Assembly: GCA_040905565.1 (NCBI GenBank) | Contig: JBBDRF010000092.1 | Location: 96,001-160,000, forward strand | DNA: 64,000 bases | From: Phycisphaeraceae bacterium | Lineage (GTDB): Bacteria; Planctomycetota; Phycisphaerae; Phycisphaerales; Zrk34 | Direction: 5' to 3' | Shown here: positions 59,029 through 64,000 of the stretch, one piece after another | Numbering within the stretch: the first letter of the stretch is position 1 | Layout: each line of letters begins with the position of its first letter | Notes under the pieces: model-generated | The model's input: only the letters and a program-made list of their open reading frames with translations | What the model was told of the DNA's origin: nothing | Databases searched by the model: none | Position numbers and translations under genes: made by a program

Positions 59029-60001
59029 AGCGACGGCTCGTCTGGGTGTGGTAGACCTGCACAAAGCGGACGCCTCGTTCGACGAGTCGGCGGGCCATGA
59101 GACACTGGCGGCCGAAGTGAGCGGTTTCGGGCTCGTCGATGCCGTAGTGAGTCTGAACGTGTTGGGGCTCGCGGGCGACTTCGAAGGCTTCGGGGGCGGC
59201 TGACTGCATGCGGAAGCCGAGCTCGAAGGATTCGATGCGGGAGCTGAGACGGGAATCGTGTTCCCGCTGAGCCTGGTATTGCTTGTCGAGTGCCTGGAGG
59301 GCCTGGAGCTGCTGTTGCTGTTCGGCTTGATCGAAGGTGGCGTTGCGCACGTTGGCGATGGGGTTGTTCAGATCGCTGACGAGGGTGCCTTGGTAAGCGG
59401 CAGGCATGAAGGCACTTGTCCAGAGCGGCGCCCCTTGGGCGGGCTGATCAGGGCTGATGACGACGTAGCCGGGGAGGTTCTGGTTGACGGTGCCGAGGCC
59501 GTAGAGCAGCCATGAGCCGAGGCTGGGGCGGCTGAAGGCCTGTTCGCCGGTGTTCAGCTGGAGGCAGGCGCCGTTGTGGTTGATGTTGTCGGCGACCATG
59601 GAGCGGATGACGCAGATATCGTCGGCGCATCGGGCGATGTTGGGCAGCAGTTCGCTGACCTCCATGCCGCTCTGGCCGTGGCGGCGGAACTTGAATGGAG
59701 AGCCGAGCAGGCCTCGTGTCTGCGTCCGCATGAGGCTGGGTTTTTCGAATGGGAGTGGCTGGCCGGCGTGCTTCTCGAGCATGGGCTTGGGATCGAAGAG
59801 GTCCATCTGGGAGGGGCCGCCGGACATGAAGAGGAAGATGACGTTCTTGGCGCGGGGGAGGTAGTGCGGGGCTGGGGCGGACGTGCTGGTGGATGCTGCG
59901 GCCTCGCGCGCGAGCACATCGGCGACGGGGAGCATGGCGAGACCTCCGGCGAATCGCTGAAGCATCTGTCGCCTGTTGACGGGGTGTTGTGATGATCGCA
60001 T
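59029..60001 (-). pseudogene. 3'-truncated DUF1501 protein
   Basis: NRRQML, FLFMSGGPSQMDLFDPKP, ARRLVERGVRFVQVYH, then runs into DUF932 DNA and stops at 59000. It lacks the WDxH, EFGR and GRDH regions present in the paralog at 56084. Confidence 0.88.
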
Positions 60002-60020
60002 GGCTTGCCCTGAATTTGGA

Positions 60021-63000
60021 TCAGTCGATGTAGATGAATTCGTTCCCGCAGAGGAGGACGTGCGCGTAGAGTTGCCATGCGCGTTGGCCGTTGCCGGCCT
60101 GCTCGATGATGTTCTGGCCGATGGCGATTTCGGGGGCGCGCGGCGGTCTTGTGTAAAGCAGCCGATAGAGCAGGTTGATGCGCGGCTCGACGCCGTCGCC
60201 TGCCTGGTCTGCGACGCGCTGGGCCAGTGCTGCGGCGCGGTCGAGCACGAAGGGGTTGTTCATCATGAAGAGCGCCTGTGGCGCGACGGTTGATTCTTCA
60301 CGCTCGGAGATGATGGCGCGGGGGTTGGCGGCATCGAAGAGGAGGCTCTAGCCGGTGCGATCTGAGCGGACGGCCTGGAGGTAGATGGTGCGGCGCGGGG
60401 TGTTGAGATCGGTGATGGCGGGGCCGTTGGGGGTGAGATCGAGTTTGCCGGTGACGGCGAGCATGGCATCGCGCAGGGGCTCGGCTTGGAGGCGGCGGCG
60501 CAGGATCCTGCCGAGCATTTTGTACTCGGGATCGGCGGCGCGGGTTTGCGAATCGGCTCGGGTGGACTGGCGGTAAGTGGTGGAGAGCATGATCCGACGG
60601 TGGATGGTTTTGATGGACCATCCGCTTTCGATGAAGGCGTGTGCGAGGTTGTCGAGGAGTTGGGGATGGCTAGGTGTGTTGCCGTGGTTGCCGAAGTTGT
60701 CGGGGGTTCGGACGAGGCCTTCGCCGAAGTGGTGTTGCCAGATGCGATTGACCATGACGCGCGCGGTGAGGGGGTGATCATCGCGGACAAGCCATTGGGC
60801 GAGTTGGAGGCGGCCGCTGGTGTTGTCGGGGATCTGGGGTTGATCGGTTTCGTCGGCGAGAATGCGGGGGAAGCCGCGGGGGACGGAGTCGCCGAGTCGA
60901 TCGTATCGGCCTCGGAGATGGATGTGGGCGTCGGCGAAGCCCTCGTGTTCGGAGCCGGGGACGCCGTTTTCGAGGACGCCTTCGATTATGAGGACGGGCT
61001 GATTGGCGAGCTGCTGGGCGTCGGTGCGCTGCTGTCGGAGCTGATTGAGCTGGTCGCGATCGGCTTTCTCCAGCGACTGGGTAACATCGAGGCCACGCCA
61101 TATGGGGCCGTCGGCGTCGATGAGCAAGGCGATCAGCTGGGCGTCGGGGGTGGCTTCATCAGGCGTGGGTTCATCCAGCAGGGTTGTGAGGCGATGGGAA
61201 GGCTCGGTGCGATCATCGTCGGCGGCTTCGTTGGTGAGGGCGGCGACGTAGGCGGCGAGTGCGGAGCCGGCGGGTGGGGTTTGGGGATCAGCGCTGTCGC
61301 CGCCGAGGGTGTAGAAGTGCCAGCGGGGGCGGCCCTGGTCGTCGAGGTGAGGGTTGGTTGCGTCGATGTTGTCGAGGAGGTCTGCGGTTGCCCAGCGATG
61401 ATCGCCGTCTGCTGACTCGATGACGAGGCTGGCGATGGTGGAATCGAAGCTGTGGTCACTGTCGCGGGGATCGATGACGAGGGAGACGACGTCGCCGGGT
61501 TGGATGTCGAGACTGACGTTTGCGTTTGATTTGCCGCCGCGGTCGTAGGTGCCTTGGGCGACGGTTTGCCTTGCGTCCTTGCGGGATAACTGGAGGGACC
61601 AGGCGATGCCGTTGCCGCCGTTGGGGTCGGCATCGTGGAGGGTGGCAGTGACGTTGATGGCGGTGCGTTCGTCACTGTGCCAGCCGATGGCGACGGATTG
61701 ATCGGGGGCGGGATGGACGGCGAGACTTCGCGGGGGGATGGTCCAGGTTGTGGAGCTTAGCGGCTCGTTGAGTTGGTTGGCCATGAGCCAGGGTGTTGTA
61801 TCCTGACCCCAGCCGGCGAGGCCGTCCAGAGCGGGTTGCATGCGCCGGGTGAAGAGGCCGTCGATGTGGGGTTGGGCGTCCTGGTTGCCGCCGGCGAAGG
61901 TGAGAAGGCGGTCGAGCAGGGCGTCGTCGGTAGCATCAGGCGCGGCTTCGTCATCGCTTGCGAGGTGATCGGCGAGGGGCTTTAAGCGGCGTACGACCTG
62001 CTGGCGGCGATGGGCGTTCTCGGCGGCTTCGATCTCGCTGGCCAAACGTTGGGCTTGCTCCCCGGCCTGCTGGCGCTGGCGTTGCTCTTGAGGGGACAGC
62101 AGTGGGATGTTCACCATGGGCGTGCCGGCGGCGGGATCCCCGGGCTCGGGAACGATGTGGCTTGAGAAGAACGAGCCGGCTAAGGCGTAGTAGTCTTCGA
62201 TGCCGATGGGGTCGTAAACGTGATCGTGACAGCGGGCGCAGGAGACGGTGAGGCCCATGATGGCGCGGCTGACGACGTCGATCTGGTCGTCAACGATGTC
62301 GGTCATCATCTTGCGCTTGTCGGAGTCGCCTTCCTCCCATGCACCAAGTGCGAGCATGGCGGTGGCTGTGACGCGGTCGGAGTCGTAGCCGCCCTCGACG
62401 AGGTCGCCGGCTATTTGATCGATGATGAACTGGTCGTAGGGGTAGTCGTTGTTGAAGGCGTTGACGACCCAGTCGCGGTAGCGCCAGGCGTTGGCGACGT
62501 CGCCTTGGGTACCCGTGCCGCGTGCGTCTTTGGAATCGGCGTAGCGGACGACGTCGAGCCAGTGCCTGCCCCACCGCTGGCCGTACTGCGGGGAGGCGAG
62601 CAGTTCATCGACGACCTGCGCGAATGCGTCGTCGGATTCGTCGGTCACGAATGCGCGGACCTGCTCGGGGGTTGGCGGGAGGCCTATAAGATCGAAGTAC
62701 GCGCGGCGGATGAGTGTACGGCGGTCCGCTTCCTCGGCGGGCATGAGTTCACGGTGTTCGAGCTCGGCGAGGATGAAGCCATCGATGGGATCGCGGACCC
62801 ATTGTGTGCGATCGACGGTTGGGGGCTCTGTCCACTGCACGGGGGAGAAGGCCCAGTGCTGGCGGGCCTGCTGGACAGCAAAGGAGGAGCCGGCCCATCG
62901 ATCTTCCGCCTGCTGGTTACTGGGGGTTCTTCGCGTGGGTCGACGGCGCCGGCCTGTACCCAGCGGACGAAATCGCCACGCGACCTGCTCGGTGAGCCGA

Positions 63001-63313
63001 TCGCGTGGCGGCATCTGCAAGGCGGAAACATGGTAGCGGATGGCGCTGATGAGCAGGCTGGCCTCGGCGTCGCCAGGGACGATGGCGGGACCGCTGTCGC
63101 CGCCGCGGAGCATGCCGGCTGCTGAATCGAGGCGGAGGCCGTTGCGTGCGAGGCTGGAGCTGTGGCACTCGAAACAGCGCTCGGCGAGGACGGGGCGGAT
63201 TTTGCGTTCGAAGTGCTCGAGTTCCGCTGCTTCGTCGGCGAGCGCTAGATCCCCGCACAACAGAAACCCGAGAAGGAAGGCCGTGGCCGTGATCGACGAG
63301 TCGGGATGATCAC
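60021..63313 (-). pseudogene. Disrupted PSCyt1/DUF1549/DUF1553 (PSD1) gene
   Basis: CFECH, DPIDGFI, CARCHDH, VMVNRIWQHHFG; in-frame TAG at 60348-60350 followed by SLLFDAANP...QALFMMNNPFV...NEFIYID; apparent frameshifts near 62915-62985 and about 63295. Confidence 0.85.
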
Positions 63314-63424
63314 CAGAGAGCCCCTTCGTCCGACCGTGAGTTTCACCTTGTCGATTGTATGCCAGCCGGCGGAACATGGATAATGCGCAGTTTGATGGTG
63401 TGGCATTGCTGAGGGAGGCAGCGG

Positions 63425-63600
63425 GATAGGCGAAGACCTGTTGCCGAGCTTCAGGCGGGAAGTCGTGATCGGCGTCGGGATGGATGATCTCCAGATTCGC
63501 TTCGCGCTCGTGAAGTGCGTAAACAGCTCGGGCAGCTTTGCCTGCGCCGCGCTGCGCCAGCGGAAGTTGCCGTCGCCGATCGGCGCAGAGACCAAGCAGC
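63425..63600 (-). pseudogene. Frameshifted C-terminal remnant of an alpha/beta hydrolase
   Basis: LVSAPIGDGNFRWRS in one frame, then AARAVYALHEREANLEIIHPDADHDFPPEARQQVFAY in another, giving catalytic Asp/His-like segments. Confidence 0.6.
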
Positions 63601-63643
63601 GGCGGTTGCGACGAGGGAGCGGCCGTTGCGTTCGCCGGACGCC

Positions 63644-64000
63644 CTACTGAGCGTCCTCCAGGAACTTGATAAGGTCGGCCATTTGTTGCGGGTCTATGGC
63701 GCCTTCGAGTCCTTCGGGCATCAGTGAGTTTCCGGAAGTTTGTATGGTTTTGATGTTGCTTCGGGGGATTTGTTGTTCGACACCTCCGCCGGGACTCAGG
63801 GTAATGCTGTTGGCGGATTCGGCCGTCATGACGCCCATGAACGTCTCATCGTCTTCAGTTTCGACGATGTAGATGGAGAACTGCGGATCAACCTGGGCGT
63901 TTGGGTTGAGCACGGCGGCGACGATCGCATCCTGGCCGCGCGTGACGAAGGCTCGGAGGTTGGGGCCGAGGTCGTCGCCGGTTCCGTCGACTGCATGGCA
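63644..64000 (-). CDS. C-terminus of a PVC-type heme-binding dehydrogenase (partial)
   Basis: CHAVDGTGDDLGPNL...VLNPNAQVDPQF...SLMPEGLEGAIDPQQMADLIKFL, the same tail as 37416-40370. Confidence 0.88.
   Translation of the reverse strand, partial: CHAVDGTGDDLGPNLRAFVTRGQDAIVAAVLNPNAQVDPQFSIYIVETEDDETFMGVMTAESANSITLSPGGGVEQQIPRSNIKTIQTSGNSLMPEGLEGAIDPQQMADLIKFLEDAQ

Noticed and set aside
60348..60350. Pyrrolysine or stop-codon reassignment as the explanation of the in-frame TAG
   Set aside because: TAG ends other genes in the window, no pyl genes are present here, and the same gene carries other lesions.
1..64000. CRISPR array, rRNA, intact transposase, reverse transcriptase/DGR or defence system
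   Set aside because: No spaced direct-repeat array, rRNA-like sequence or diagnostic protein motifs seen by eye; diverged or short elements could have been missed.

Overview
High-GC bacterial DNA whose gene content points to a planctomycete, plausibly Phycisphaerae (inference). The markers are PSD1/PSCyt cytochromes, DUF1501, PVC-type heme-binding dehydrogenases and Tat-exported Gfo/Idh/MocA proteins. All product calls come from motif recognition, not database searches. 1-6 kb: solute:sodium symporter, rhodanese lipoprotein, purE-purK-NYN, oxidoreductase, Dabb protein. 6.2-15.4 kb: an 11-gene MoxR AAA+/DUF58/DUF4350/DUF4129/RDD/SpoIIM membrane system with Zn-finger proteins that have lost ligands in parallel. 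15.5-25.7 kb: an MSHA/type IV pilus-like cluster with an MshEN ATPase, an adjacent HAMP-GGDEF diguanylate cyclase, no secretin and three sigma28-like promoters, two of them back-to-back. 25.97 kb: tRNA-Ser(GCU) followed by att-arm-like repeats. 26.5-57.6 kb: accessory region with glycoside hydrolases, a thiol-redox cassette, three ceramidase-like/PVC-heme-dehydrogenase pairs and a PSD1-DUF1501 pair. 57.6-64 kb: a decaying zone with an integrase stub, a 5'-truncated DUF932 gene fused to a 3'-truncated DUF1501 gene, a PSD1 gene with an amber stop and frameshifts, and a hydrolase remnant. Best candidates for undescribed systems: the sigma28/c-di-GMP pilus module, the repeated ceramidase-like/heme-dehydrogenase module and the MoxR membrane system. 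No CRISPR array or rRNA was seen.
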